Part shown: piece after piece, positions 1-9,593 of the stretch | How the letters are laid out: each line of letters starts with the position of its first letter | Numbering within the stretch: position 1 is the stretch's first letter | NCBI GenBank assembly: GCA_963774955.1 | Contig: CAVZGV010000004.1 | Location: 67,522-131,521 of the forward strand | Direction: 5' to 3' | Source: Candidatus Falkowbacteria bacterium | GTDB taxonomy: Bacteria > Patescibacteriota > Patescibacteriia > CAIXNZ01 | Length of the DNA: 64,000 bases | Program-made: the position numbers and the translations under genes | Notes under the pieces: generated by a model | What the model was told of the DNA's origin: nothing | Seen by the model: only the letters and a program-made list of their open reading frames with translations | Databases searched by the model: none

Positions 1-764
1 TACTTTTTACGGTCTTTGCAATTTGTCTCAGCTTTATTTCGGCCTATGCTACAAATTTTATCATTCTCAGAGACTACCATATTTTTGAAGCTTTCGGTGC
101 CGCCTGGAATCTCTTTAAAAAAAATATTGTTATTAGCCTAGAACTGGCTTTTACCTTGTTTTTTCTAAAACTAGTAAGCCTGATTCTAATTGTTTGCCTG
201 GCTTTATTTTTCGCTATTCCTATCAGTTTGGTTTTTATTATTACCTGGGGCAGCAAAGATCTGATTGGCATTGTGATGAGCATAACCTTAATGCTATTAA
301 CCATAAGCTTTATCTCGATTTTTATAAATGCTATTTTTAATGTATTTTATTTATCCAGCTGGACCATCACTTTTATCAAATTAACTGAAGAGACATTAAT
401 GGGCAAAATCCACGCTTATATCAGAAATTTACCTTCTTCTTTAAATGACTTAGCTAAACGCTGGAATATTAAAATCGACAAAAAAGAAGCCAAAAAAATT
501 GCCGGAAAACTAGCCAAACAAACCGAAGTAGAGGCCAAAGCCTTGGCTCAAAACTTGGCTGCCAAATATAAAAAATATCAGCCGACGGTAAAAAAGCAAG
601 GGAAAATTCTAGCTAAGGAGCTTCAGGCTGCTTACATTAAATATGAACCGCGGTTAAAAAAAGAAGCCACAAAAATTGCGCTTCAAATAAAGAGTGAAAT
701 CAATCCGTCCAAGGTTACCGTAAAATCGACAAAAAACAAAAGTAAAAAAGTAACTAAAAAATAA
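1..764 (+). CDS. Multi-pass membrane protein, 5'-truncated by window edge, Lys/Ala-rich C-terminal tail
   Basis: Frame is open from position 3 to the TAA at 764; several hydrophobic segments. Confidence 0.7.
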   Translation, partial: LFTVFAICLSFISAYATNFIILRDYHIFEAFGAAWNLFKKNIVISLELAFTLFFLKLVSLILIVCLALFFAIPISLVFIITWGSKDLIGIVMSITLMLLTISFISIFINAIFNVFYLSSWTITFIKLTEETLMGKIHAYIRNLPSSLNDLAKRWNIKIDKKEAKKIAGKLAKQTEVEAKALAQNLAAKYKKYQPTVKKQGKILAKELQAAYIKYEPRLKKEATKIALQIKSEINPSKVTVKSTKNKSKKVTKK

Positions 765-780
765 TCATACTTAATTTCTT

Positions 781-2529
781 ATGGCAGGCATTGATGATGA
801 TCAAAATGTTAAAGGGCTGTCTGATTTAATCAAGGAGAGCAAAAGCAAACAAATTAAACCAGTCATCTCTGAACAAAAAGTCACGGAAAAATTTTCAGAA
901 AAGATGGAAACGATCAAGGTTAAAGAGCTGGAAGAGGTTGCCCAAAACCAAGCTCAGAATTTGGGTTATCCCTACATTAACCTCGTCGGTATCCCTATTA
1001 ACAGCGATACTATTAATTGTATCCCTCAAGAAACGGCTGAGGCACATAAAGTCCTTTGCTTTTTTAAGTCTGACAAAGATATCAGGATTGCTTCACCAGT
1101 ACCCAACAATCCCAACCTAAAAAAAATATTAGAAGATCTGGCCAAGGAAACAATCAGCGGTCACGGAGAAATCTATCTGGTTTCCGAAAATAGTTTCAAT
1201 ACTGCCTTTAAATTTTATGCAAAATTTCCGCCGCCTCGAGAATTTGTGACCGGAGTAAAAATTACCGGAGATGAACTGGACAAGATAAAAAAGGAGATTA
1301 AAAACTTCGGAATTCTAAATGCCAAACTGAATGAAGAGAAGAACATGACTAACATTTTTAAAATGATTTTGGCCGGTGCCATGCAAGCCGGATCTTCTGA
1401 CATCCATATTGAAGCAGAAGAAGAAAAAATTGCTTTAAGATATAGAGTTGACGGTGTTTTACACGTTGTTGCCACGTTAACAAAAAAAATCTGGGAACGG
1501 CTAGATTCCAGATTGAAAAATATTGCCGGTTTAAAAATTAATGTTACTGACAAACCCCAAGACGGCCGTATCACCATCTATCTGTCTAAAAATGAGAAAA
1601 TGGAAGTTCGTGTTTCCACCTTACCTACAGCTTATGGCGAAAGCATTGTCATGCGTTTATTAAAATCAAATATATCAAGCTTGGAATTTGAAGATTTGGG
1701 TGTCCGAGGTAAAGCTTATGAAGACTTAAAACGGCAGGTCGAACGGCCGACCGGGATGATTATAACTACCGGACCAACAGGCTCTGGTAAAACTACGTCT
1801 TTGTATGCTATTTTAAATAAGCTTAATAGTCCGGAAACAAAAATAATTACCCTGGAAGATCCGATTGAATATAAACTGGAAGGTATTGCTCAAAGTCAGA
1901 TTGACCATTCGGCCGGCTATTCATTTGCCGACGGTCTGCGCTCCATTTTGAGGCAAGATCCTGATATCATCATGGTTGGTGAATTGCGTGATATAGAAAC
2001 AGTGGAAGTTGCCATACAGGCAGCCTTAACCGGTCATCAGGTTTTATCAACTTTACATACCAATGACGCTGCCGGCGCCATCCCCCGCTTTTTATCTATG
2101 GGCGCCAAGCCTTTTCTTTTGGCACCAGCCTTAAACGCAGTCATCGGCCAACGTTTAGTCAGAAAAATCCATGATAAATGTAAAATTGAAATGCAATTAG
2201 AACCTGACAAACTGGAACGGGTAAAAAAAGTACTGCTTAATCTGCCGCCGAATTCCGGCTATAACGTTGATCTGAATAATATGAAATTTTATCGTGGCCA
2301 AGGCTGCGATGAATGTAATCATATCGGCCTCAAAGGCAGACTTGGTATTTATGAAATATTTACTTTAAATCCCCAAATTGAAGCGGAAATCCTTTCAGGC
2401 AAAGCCTCCGAATATAAAATTGCTGAATTGGCCCATGACAGCGGCATGATTTCCATGGTTCAGGACGGTATTTTAAAAGCCTTAGATGGCATTACTACTG
2501 TAGATGAAATCTTCAGGGTAATCGAGTAA
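781..2529 (+). CDS. pilB: Type IV pilus / T2SS assembly ATPase (PilB/GspE family)
   Basis: SDIHIE, RYRVDG, Walker A GPTGSGKTT, LEDPIE, LRQDPDIIMVGELRD, TLHTNDA, GCxxC...GRLGIYE. Confidence 0.92.
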   Translation: MAGIDDDQNVKGLSDLIKESKSKQIKPVISEQKVTEKFSEKMETIKVKELEEVAQNQAQNLGYPYINLVGIPINSDTINCIPQETAEAHKVLCFFKSDKDIRIASPVPNNPNLKKILEDLAKETISGHGEIYLVSENSFNTAFKFYAKFPPPREFVTGVKITGDELDKIKKEIKNFGILNAKLNEEKNMTNIFKMILAGAMQAGSSDIHIEAEEEKIALRYRVDGVLHVVATLTKKIWERLDSRLKNIAGLKINVTDKPQDGRITIYLSKNEKMEVRVSTLPTAYGESIVMRLLKSNISSLEFEDLGVRGKAYEDLKRQVERPTGMIITTGPTGSGKTTSLYAILNKLNSPETKIITLEDPIEYKLEGIAQSQIDHSAGYSFADGLRSILRQDPDIIMVGELRDIETVEVAIQAALTGHQVLSTLHTNDAAGAIPRFLSMGAKPFLLAPALNAVIGQRLVRKIHDKCKIEMQLEPDKLERVKKVLLNLPPNSGYNVDLNNMKFYRGQGCDECNHIGLKGRLGIYEIFTLNPQIEAEILSGKASEYKIAELAHDSGMISMVQDGILKALDGITTVDEIFRVIE

Positions 2530-2618
2530 TAACTGCCTATTTGACAATCTTTTACAATGATGATAAAGTACTTAATCCCGGCAAGGGTAAACATATAAGG
2601 GTCCAAGGAGGGTGTAAA

Positions 2619-2822
2619 ATGACAACTGAAGACAAGAAAACGATTCTGGTCAAAAAAGAAGAAGTCCATGACCGAAGACTCCAAAGAATATTAGACAAAC
2701 ATGAAGGCGAACCATTTATTCCTCTGGGGGACATGATGGTCACTCACCTCGAGTTTGTCAGAGAAAGAGATCGCCAGAATAACCTAGCTCAAGAAGAAGC
2801 TAGTACCGAAAAGGAAAAATAA
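2619..2822 (+). CDS. Small hypothetical protein
   Basis: AAGGAGG SD before ATG 2619; terminator-like hairpin follows at ~2826-2860. Confidence 0.55.
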   Translation: MTTEDKKTILVKKEEVHDRRLQRILDKHEGEPFIPLGDMMVTHLEFVRERDRQNNLAQEEASTEKEK

Positions 2823-2871
2823 CTAAAACGCCCCGTACCAACTGGTACAGGGCGTTTCTTTGTATTACAGA

Positions 2872-3726
2872 TTATTTTTTGAAATATTCATGAAATTTTG
2901 AGACCTTAACCAGTAAGTCTTTGGCCTTGGCTATTTTAGCCTGTTCGGCCGGAGATTTCAAAAAATCTTCCAAAGCACCTTTCATAGCAAAAAGTTGTCT
3001 TTCAATTTCTAATCTTAGTAAAGTTTTAATTTCCTTTTCCTTGGGACTAAGATCTTTAGCTTCTTTACTAGAAATTATCGCATCAGCCATTTTCTCTATA
3101 CTGCCATTAGCAATATAGACTTCTAGTCTGGGCATTACAATTCCCCGCAAATCATCGGCTTCTAAATATTTAAAGATAGCATCAACGTCAACAACCTTTT
3201 CTGATACTTCCTCATTGCTAAGCGCAAAATTTCCAGCTCTAATGTTATCGACAAAGCTCTGAGCTTTAAATTTAGCAGCATCAGCACTTAAAGCGTTGCC
3301 GACTTGAATAGCTAGTCCAATATTTGTTTCATCGTTAAGAGGTAAACTCAAAACCATATCTGCATTTTCCCGTAATTGATCAAATCTAGATAAAGAAAAA
3401 ACCTGCAAACCGCTGGCTGCTTCAGCAGCCGATCTTTCAAATAACTGCATTACACCTACAGCAGCCATTAGTTTTTCGCGGTACTGAAACATTTTCTGTT
3501 TATAGCGCCTATCTTCTTCATTTGTGACCCAGTCCTGATCTGTTTTTAATTCTTGTAAATCATCACTGGCAATATCTTTTTGGCTATCCAGAGCAGCCTT
3601 TCTCCATTCCGCCTGCAATTGGGCAATGGCCTTGATTCTAGCATCAGAACTTTCAACATCTAAGATACCATTTTTAAACTCCATATCTTCAATTACTCTC
3701 CCTTCAAAATCGCCTTTTTTAGCCAT
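2872..3726 (-). CDS. Hypothetical helical protein
   Basis: 284-aa ORF, no recognised motif. Confidence 0.65.
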   Translation of the reverse strand: MAKKGDFEGRVIEDMEFKNGILDVESSDARIKAIAQLQAEWRKAALDSQKDIASDDLQELKTDQDWVTNEEDRRYKQKMFQYREKLMAAVGVMQLFERSAAEAASGLQVFSLSRFDQLRENADMVLSLPLNDETNIGLAIQVGNALSADAAKFKAQSFVDNIRAGNFALSNEEVSEKVVDVDAIFKYLEADDLRGIVMPRLEVYIANGSIEKMADAIISSKEAKDLSPKEKEIKTLLRLEIERQLFAMKGALEDFLKSPAEQAKIAKAKDLLVKVSKFHEYFKK

Positions 3727-3782
3727 AGATTTGAAATAAATTATTAGTAATACTTTAATTTTAGCATACTTTAGCTAAAAAG

Positions 3783-4220
3783 TCAAGAGGAAATTTTAAA
3801 TTCTCTGCTATTATCTTTTAGTATAATCTTTAGCCAAACAACCTTTTTAAATGATTTTAAATATTTTTCAATCTTATCAGCCCACTCAATTATCACTATC
3901 GCCTCAGGATTATTCAAATACTCCTCAATCCCCAAATAAAACAATTCCTGCGGATCATCTAAGCGATAGCAATCCACATGGATTAGATTTTGGATTTTAG
4001 ATTTTCGATCTTGGATTTGGTAAACTTTCATCAAAACAAAAGTCGGGCTGGTTACTTTTTCTTTGATCCCAAAAGCTTTGGCCAAATATTGAGTCAAAGT
4101 TGTTTTACCGGCACCCAACTCGCCCTCAAGCGCAATAATCTCTCCACCCTTAAGTGACTTGGCCAGCTTCTTGGCCAGGGCTTGAGTATCTTTTTCGGTT
4201 TTTATAATAATTTTTTTCAT
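3783..4220 (-). CDS. tsaE: tRNA threonylcarbamoyladenosine biosynthesis ATPase TsaE
   Basis: GELGAGKTT, VTSPTF, HVDCYRL, IIEWA; adjacent to tsaD. Confidence 0.95.
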   Translation of the reverse strand: MKKIIIKTEKDTQALAKKLAKSLKGGEIIALEGELGAGKTTLTQYLAKAFGIKEKVTSPTFVLMKVYQIQDRKSKIQNLIHVDCYRLDDPQELFYLGIEEYLNNPEAIVIIEWADKIEKYLKSFKKVVWLKIILKDNSREFKISS

Positions 4221-4386
4221 AGATTGATGATAAAGATGAGAAAAAAGGGGAAAGAGAGTAAGAAGGGTAAGAAGAGAATTCCCTTATTACTCCTCTTTAC
4301 CCACCTTACGCTTCTTTCCCTTTTTCAAGGCAACCTTATAAAACTTCATAGAACTTTATATAACCTAATATAACCTTATTTTAAAC

Positions 4387-5427
4387 TTACACTTCCAGGT
4401 TCGGATCCACCTTAACATCCCGCCAAGATTCGCTAAAATTCGCTAAACCATCTTTGGCCTGAAAATAAGCTGCTACTGCTACCATTAAAGCATTGTCAGT
4501 AGTCAAATGCAAGTCAGGCTGAAAAAATTTTACTTGTGGTAATTTCGCTTCTACTTGTTCTGCCAATTGACGTCTTAATTCTTTATTAGCCGCCACACCG
4601 CCACCAAGTAATAAAGACTTAACTTCATATTTTTCCGCTGCTTTTAAGGTCTTGGCAACCAAGACATCAATACTAGCCTGCTGAAAAGACGCGCACATTT
4701 TACGAATATTCCCATTGTCTTTGAATTTCTCTTTTGCCCACTCATATTTAACCGCTGTTTTTAAGCCGGAAAAACTAAAATCAAAATCCTTAGTATAAAT
4801 CATTGGGCGCGGTAATTTGAAATATTCAGAGTCAGCGTTGGCCGCATATTTAGAAATTATCGGACCGCCCGGATAACCCAGCCCCATAATTTTAGCGGCT
4901 TTATCAAAAGCTTCGCCAACAGCATCATCACGGGTTGAACCAATGGTTTTAAAATTATTGGGATCTTTAAGTAAAACCAAAGAAGTATGTCCGCCGGAAA
5001 CAACCAGACATAAAGCCGGGTATTCTATTATTTCCAATTCGCCTTGTTCGCCCTTTAAATAATTAGCCAGAATATGCGCTTTAACATGATTAACCGGAAT
5101 CAAAGGTTTATGCCAAACCATGGCTAAAGTCTTGGCGGTTTCTACGCCAACAATTAGAGACGTTATTAATCCCGGACCATAAACTACGGCAATGGCATCA
5201 ATTTTTTCGGGTTTAACTTTTGCTTGTTTCAACGCTTTATCTAAAAGCGGCAACATATTTTCCATGTGCTTGCGAGCCGCCACTTCAGGCACGACTCCGC
5301 CGTATTTTTTATGAATGTTAATTTGTGAGGCCACGAAATTAGCCAAAACTTTAAATTTCCGGTTATTGATTTCCAGGATAGCAACTGCGGTTTCATCGCA
5401 GGAGGTTTCTATTGATAAGATTATCAT
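4387..5427 (-). CDS. tsaD: tRNA N6-threonylcarbamoyltransferase TsaD
   Basis: IETSCDET, GGVVPEVAARKH, VSGGHT, DDAVGEAFDK, FSFSGLKT, TDNA. Confidence 0.97.
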   Translation of the reverse strand: MIILSIETSCDETAVAILEINNRKFKVLANFVASQINIHKKYGGVVPEVAARKHMENMLPLLDKALKQAKVKPEKIDAIAVVYGPGLITSLIVGVETAKTLAMVWHKPLIPVNHVKAHILANYLKGEQGELEIIEYPALCLVVSGGHTSLVLLKDPNNFKTIGSTRDDAVGEAFDKAAKIMGLGYPGGPIISKYAANADSEYFKLPRPMIYTKDFDFSFSGLKTAVKYEWAKEKFKDNGNIRKMCASFQQASIDVLVAKTLKAAEKYEVKSLLLGGGVAANKELRRQLAEQVEAKLPQVKFFQPDLHLTTDNALMVAVAAYFQAKDGLANFSESWRDVKVDPNLEV

Positions 5428-5432
5428 AATTG

Positions 5433-6047
5433 TTAATTCTCACTTATTAAATCCGGATAATTAGTATAAATATATCTATAATTCTCTGCGTCGGGAATTT
5501 TGTGCTTCATAGGATTTTCATAAATATAGCGTAAATGTTCGTCAAAATCATTTTCATTGCGGATGTAATGGTCGCGAAATGATTTTTGCCAATGGAATTT
5601 TAGAAAGTAAGTTTGGGCTTGGCCGTATTTGGCAATAAATAGCTTTCGCAATTCAAATAAATATTCGTAATGTTTTTCGATTAATCCCTCATAAATTTGA
5701 TATTTTCCCTGGTTTCGAACCCGAAGGAGCGATTTGCAAATCGCTCCTTCGGGTTCGTGACCGAGGATAAAATTTATGTGGCGGGTATAATGTCTTTTCA
5801 AAAATTGCATTATTTTGGATAAATCCTTTGATTCCATTGGAAAAAACATCAAATGAAAATGGTCTTTCAATATTACAAAGGCAAAAAGATCCATGTTCTT
5901 CATTTTCTTAACCAATCGTAATTCTTCAATAAACAATTTACAAAAAATCTGTTCCTTAAAATATTCAACACGATTATCGGCAACTGAGGTAACAAAATAT
6001 GTCGCGCCTTCAAAATATATTCTTTTTTGTGCCCCCTTGTGTAACAT
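5433..6047 (-). CDS. REP-associated tyrosine transposase (RAYT, Y1 HUH)
   Basis: YFVT, AFVILKDHFHL (HUH), WQKSFRDHYIR, YIYENP; internal insertion containing a perfect palindrome. Confidence 0.88.
   Translation of the reverse strand: MLHKGAQKRIYFEGATYFVTSVADNRVEYFKEQIFCKLFIEELRLVKKMKNMDLFAFVILKDHFHLMFFPMESKDLSKIMQFLKRHYTRHINFILGHEPEGAICKSLLRVRNQGKYQIYEGLIEKHYEYLFELRKLFIAKYGQAQTYFLKFHWQKSFRDHYIRNENDFDEHLRYIYENPMKHKIPDAENYRYIYTNYPDLISEN
5716..5757. repeat. Perfect 42-bp REP-like palindrome inside the RAYT CDS
   Basis: CGAACCCGAAGGAGCGATTTGCAAATCGCTCCTTCGGGTTCG equals its own reverse complement. Confidence 0.9.
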
Positions 6048-6146
6048 ATAATTATTTTAATTCTACTTAAAAAATCAACAAAAATCAAGGTTTAATATAA
6101 ATAAAAAAACCGCCTCCGAAGAGAACGGTTTTGATGTCAGCAATTA

Positions 6147-6305
6147 CTAGTCAACTGAATTTCTTTCTTCTTTTGTTTGGCCGCACTTGCAGGAAGATGA
6201 AACAACTTCCCAGCCGGCAATTGGACCTCTCTCAGCCTGTTCAACATGGCGTCCAGTTTCTTTCCAATCATGACGATGCGGTTTTTTGTTTTTCTTGCAA
6301 GTCAT
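6147..6305 (-). CDS. Small Cys/His-containing hypothetical protein
   Basis: AAAGGAG SD before ATG 6305; C...HxH...CxCG. Confidence 0.5.
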   Translation of the reverse strand: MTCKKNKKPHRHDWKETGRHVEQAERGPIAGWEVVSSSCKCGQTKEERNSVD

Positions 6306-6318
6306 ACTTACTCCTTTA

Positions 6319-6561
6319 TTATTTCCTTGTCGCCCCATTCATTACCTGAAAACGTTCAAGAAGTTCAGCCTCAGTAAATTGCCCTTCATGGGTAATCGCT
6401 TCTTCAATAAACTTAGCCGGGTCGCCTTGTTTCATGGGATTTAGCTGGCAATCATCGCAGACAGAACTGTCAGCCGTGCTATAAAGCTCCATCAGGCATT
6501 TTTCACAGGTTGCCTGGCTCATGCCCATCTCAGTCAATCTTGGATCCTGATCTGGTCTCAT
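6319..6561 (-). CDS. Small Zn-ribbon-like protein
   Basis: GGAGG SD, ATGA overlap with the upstream gene, CEKC...CDDC. Confidence 0.55.
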   Translation of the reverse strand: MRPDQDPRLTEMGMSQATCEKCLMELYSTADSSVCDDCQLNPMKQGDPAKFIEEAITHEGQFTEAELLERFQVMNGATRK

Positions 6562-6968
6562 TTTTTACCTCCCGATAATTCGGAAGATTTGATCATGCCA
6601 CCTTGAGTGTGCGGATTTTTGCAGTGCGGGCAAATCCCAGCCACCCCCTGAAATTCACCCTTGAACTTTTGACCATTGGCTCGAGCAATACGTTCGTAGG
6701 TACCCCGCTCCCAATGGTAATAGCGTGAACCGTCAGGAAATTCCCAATACCAGCAGCATTGTCCGCATTTTTGAATGAACCTTACCTTTTTACCACGGCG
6801 ACGCGCCAGAGTGACTTCTCCTGGAATGTGGCGGGCTCCTCTGGCTAAATCCTCGGCATCAGATTTGGGAAAGCTGGCATTAGTATCGCCATCTTCACCT
6901 TTATCCTTATCCAGAGCATTGGCCAACATTCCAAAACCCGCCAAAAACTCTCGTCTGTCATTTTCCAT
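6558..6968 (-). CDS. Hypothetical protein with CxxC pairs
   Basis: AGGAGG SD before ATG 6968; CGQC and CPHC. Confidence 0.55.
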   Translation of the reverse strand: MENDRREFLAGFGMLANALDKDKGEDGDTNASFPKSDAEDLARGARHIPGEVTLARRRGKKVRFIQKCGQCCWYWEFPDGSRYYHWERGTYERIARANGQKFKGEFQGVAGICPHCKNPHTQGGMIKSSELSGGKK

Positions 6969-7152
6969 TGTTTCCTCCTGCTTTTCTGTTTTCCATTTTA
7001 TGTCTAATCTAAACATAATCACTATCATAAGTCAAACCTTGACGCCTACTCAATTTTACCCTATAATATAACCATAATCCCTAGCGGGATTTTTAGTTTA
7101 AATAGAAATTCCATAGTTATTAGTTGTTAGTTATAAGTTTTTAGTTAATTGC

Positions 7153-7243
7153 GCCGCCATCGTCTAGTGGTTAGCCTGTCCGCCTCTGGCGGAGACACCA
7201 GGTTTTTCCGCCAAAGGCGGATCCGCCTCCGGCGGACATCCTG
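7153..7243 (+). pseudogene. 5' fragment of a tRNA-Glu copy interrupted by two REP-like hairpins
   Basis: GCCGCCATCGTCTAGTGGTTAG[insert]GACACCAGGTTTT[TCCGCCAAAGGCGGATCCGCCTCCGGCGGA]CATCCTG matches the tRNA at 7516 once the inserts are removed. Confidence 0.85.
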
Positions 7244-7255
7244 TTTAGAATTAAT

Positions 7256-7510
7256 ATGTATTATTTATATATTTTACTAAGCTTAAAAGATTCAGGTTAT
7301 TATATTGGAATAAGCGATAACCCGGAGAAAAGACTGCTTGAACATAACCAAGGTAAAACAAAATCCATAAAAAGCAGGATCCCATTTGAATTAAAATATA
7401 AAGAGGCATATAGTACTAAAACTGAAGCAAGAAAAAGAGAAATTTTATTAAAGAAAAATTATCAGATTCGCAAGGAATTACTTAATAAAATTGGATTTAA
7501 TCTTAAATAA
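7256..7510 (+). CDS. Stand-alone GIY-YIG nuclease
   Basis: YYLYIL...YYIGISDNPEKRLLEHN...EARKRE..LK. Confidence 0.9.
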   Translation: MYYLYILLSLKDSGYYIGISDNPEKRLLEHNQGKTKSIKSRIPFELKYKEAYSTKTEARKREILLKKNYQIRKELLNKIGFNLK

Positions 7511-7515
7511 ACCAC

Positions 7516-7587
7516 GCCGCCATCGTCTAGTGGTTAGGACACCAGGTTTTCATCCTGGTAACAGGGGTTCGATTCCCCTTGGCGGTA
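7516..7587 (+). tRNA. tRNA-Glu(TTC)
   Basis: Acceptor GCCGCCA/TGGCGGT, anticodon arm CCAGG-TTTTCAT-CCTGG, T loop GGTTCGATTCC. Confidence 0.95.
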
Positions 7588-7590
7588 CTA

Positions 7591-8057
7591 GAGCAAAAAT
7601 CACTTCTATCGCAGAGGTGTTTTTTGTTATATAAACTGTTTGATAATTTTTATTATTTAAGGTTTTTCCGCCAAAGGCGGACCCGCCTCAGGCGGGCATC
7701 CTGGTAACAGGGGTTCGATTCCCCTTGGCGGTACTAGAGCAAAAATCACTTCTATCACAGAGGTGTTTTTTGTTATATAAACTGTTTGATAATTTTTATT
7801 ATTTAAGGTTTTTCCGCCAAAGGCGGACCCGCCTCAGGCGGGCATCCTGGTAACAGGGGTTCGATTCCCCTTGGCGGTACTAGAGCAAAAATCACTTCTA
7901 TCGCAGAGGTGTTTTTTGTTATATAAACTGTTTGATAATTTTTATTATTTAAGGTTTTTCCGCCAAAGGCGGACCCGCCTCAGGCGGGCATCCTGGTAAC
8001 AGGGGTTCGCCTGCCCGCCGTAGCTTGAGCGAAGGCGGGATTCCCCTTGGCGGTACT
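7591..8057 (+). repeat. Three tandem ~146-bp units, each ending in the 3' half of tRNA-Glu with a REP hairpin in the anticodon
   Basis: Units start at 7591, 7737 and 7883; the third has an extra REP inserted in the T loop. Confidence 0.92.
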
Positions 8058-8093
8058 GAGAAAAAACTCTGTTCCATTTAGGAAACAGAGTTT

Positions 8094-8531
8094 TTAGTTT
8101 GAAAAATAGAAGAGGTCAATACAATTATCCAGATCATGGATTAAAACCAGTTTTTTGGCCAATGAAGGATCAATCCATTGAAATCCCTTATGCTCCGTTG
8201 GCTCAATCTTTACTTCTGGGCGTTTATCCAAAAGGCAGAAATAAATATGATAGATAAAATCTACCCCGCAATTTCTGACAAAAATCGTCTGGAAAAATAT
8301 GACTTCAGATAGGGGTATGACCAAGCCTGTTTCTTCAAAAATCTCACGTTGCATCGCCAAATGAGGCGATTGATCAGTAACGTCAACTTTACCAGAGGGC
8401 AATCCCCAGGTATTCCCTGACTTTTTATAGTCCTGTCTTAAAAGCAGCAAAATTTCTCCCTGGTCTTGCAAAAAACAGCCAACTGCTTCAAAAACAGGAT
8501 TAAAATCTGCAGGTTTTTCTTTAAAGATCAA
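8094..8531 (-). CDS. NUDIX hydrolase
   Basis: WGLPSGKVD...AMQREIFEETGL; AAGGAGGTGA SD before TTG start. Confidence 0.88.
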   Translation of the reverse strand: MIFKEKPADFNPVFEAVGCFLQDQGEILLLLRQDYKKSGNTWGLPSGKVDVTDQSPHLAMQREIFEETGLVIPLSEVIFFQTIFVRNCGVDFIYHIYFCLLDKRPEVKIEPTEHKGFQWIDPSLAKKLVLIHDLDNCIDLFYFSN

Positions 8532-8661
8532 CTTATCACCTCCTTGTTAATTTCTTTATATTATCACTAAAATAATTGAAAGTCAAAGCCATATCTCTGC
8601 CCAGAGCTTGATTTTTTGTTTGAATTTGTTATACTACTAAATCTAAGCAAGGAGGTTAAAA

Positions 8662-8904
8662 ATGGCTGAAAAACCAAGTCCCAAGTATCCTGAAAAGACT
8701 TTGGTACAATTTAAACACGGACACGATCTTTATATCGGTCAAATAATTAAAAGTGAAATTGTTCAGGCTGGGCATCGGGGCAGAAAAGCAGGCAGTATTC
8801 TTTATCTGGTCCGCATCCTGTCCATAAATCGCCAAAAAACCACTGATTGTCTCCAATCTACCATTGGCGAAGATGAAATTATCAGCCACAAAAAGCCAAC
8901 TTAG
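8662..8904 (+). CDS. Small hypothetical protein
   Basis: AAGGAGG SD, promoter-like sequence upstream, hairpin terminator downstream. Confidence 0.55.
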   Translation: MAEKPSPKYPEKTLVQFKHGHDLYIGQIIKSEIVQAGHRGRKAGSILYLVRILSINRQKTTDCLQSTIGEDEIISHKKPT

Positions 8905-9009
8905 CCAACAAGTTAATTTGAACTTGTTGGCTTTTTTATTTAACAAATCCTTGACAGATCAATTTATTTAGGCTATATTTGAATATCCAAAATCAAAAGG
9001 AGGTTTACA

Positions 9010-9231
9010 ATGAAAATACTGAAAAATAATGTCTTTATCGACATCACCTGCCCTCACTGCACCAGTGAATTGAGGGTTTATGAAAAAGATATAGATGTTA
9101 ACCATCATTTTGGTCACGGCATTTATATCCACATTTACTGCGCGGCTTGCGGAGAAAAAATTCCTTTGACCATCGCACAGCTACGGCCTGAATGGAAGCA
9201 TCTGCTGATCGATCCAAACGACGACGATTAA
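9010..9231 (+). CDS. Small Zn-ribbon protein
   Basis: AAGGAGG SD, CPHC...CAAC, terminator at ~9237-9272. Confidence 0.6.
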   Translation: MKILKNNVFIDITCPHCTSELRVYEKDIDVNHHFGHGIYIHIYCAACGEKIPLTIAQLRPEWKHLLIDPNDDD

Positions 9232-9423
9232 AAATTTGCCCTGTTCCGTATTACGGAGCGGGGCTTTTTTTATTTCGTCTTACGTTTTACGGCGTTGTTT
9301 GGCGTTACGTTTTACATATTACGCTAAACGATACGGGCCTCGTTACCATTAACCGCCTAACGTTTTACAAAAGATAGACATGCCTACATTTATTGGCAAA
9401 ATAAACGATTTTCGCCATACCCC

Positions 9424-9470
9424 TTGACAACTTTTTGACCCTATGATACATTGTGTATATAAGACACTAA
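9424..9470 (+). promoter_or_regulatory. Sigma70 promoter with NrtR-type operator
   Basis: TTGACA-17-TACATT with TG extension; GTGT-ATATAAG-ACAC at 9453-9467 fits the GT-N7-AC NrtR consensus. Confidence 0.75.
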
Positions 9471-9593
9471 GAGGTTAATAACCAATATCCAAATTCCAAT
9501 AACCAAAAAATTTGAAGAAATAAAAAACTTCCATGTTGCAACCTCATATAGCCTCATAAAACTTGATAAAACATTATATAACCTATTAAACTT

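Noticed and set aside
7591-8057. Tandem repeats as a CRISPR array
   Set aside because: Units are ~146 bp and nearly identical throughout with no unique spacers; they derive from tRNA-Glu, and no cas genes are present.
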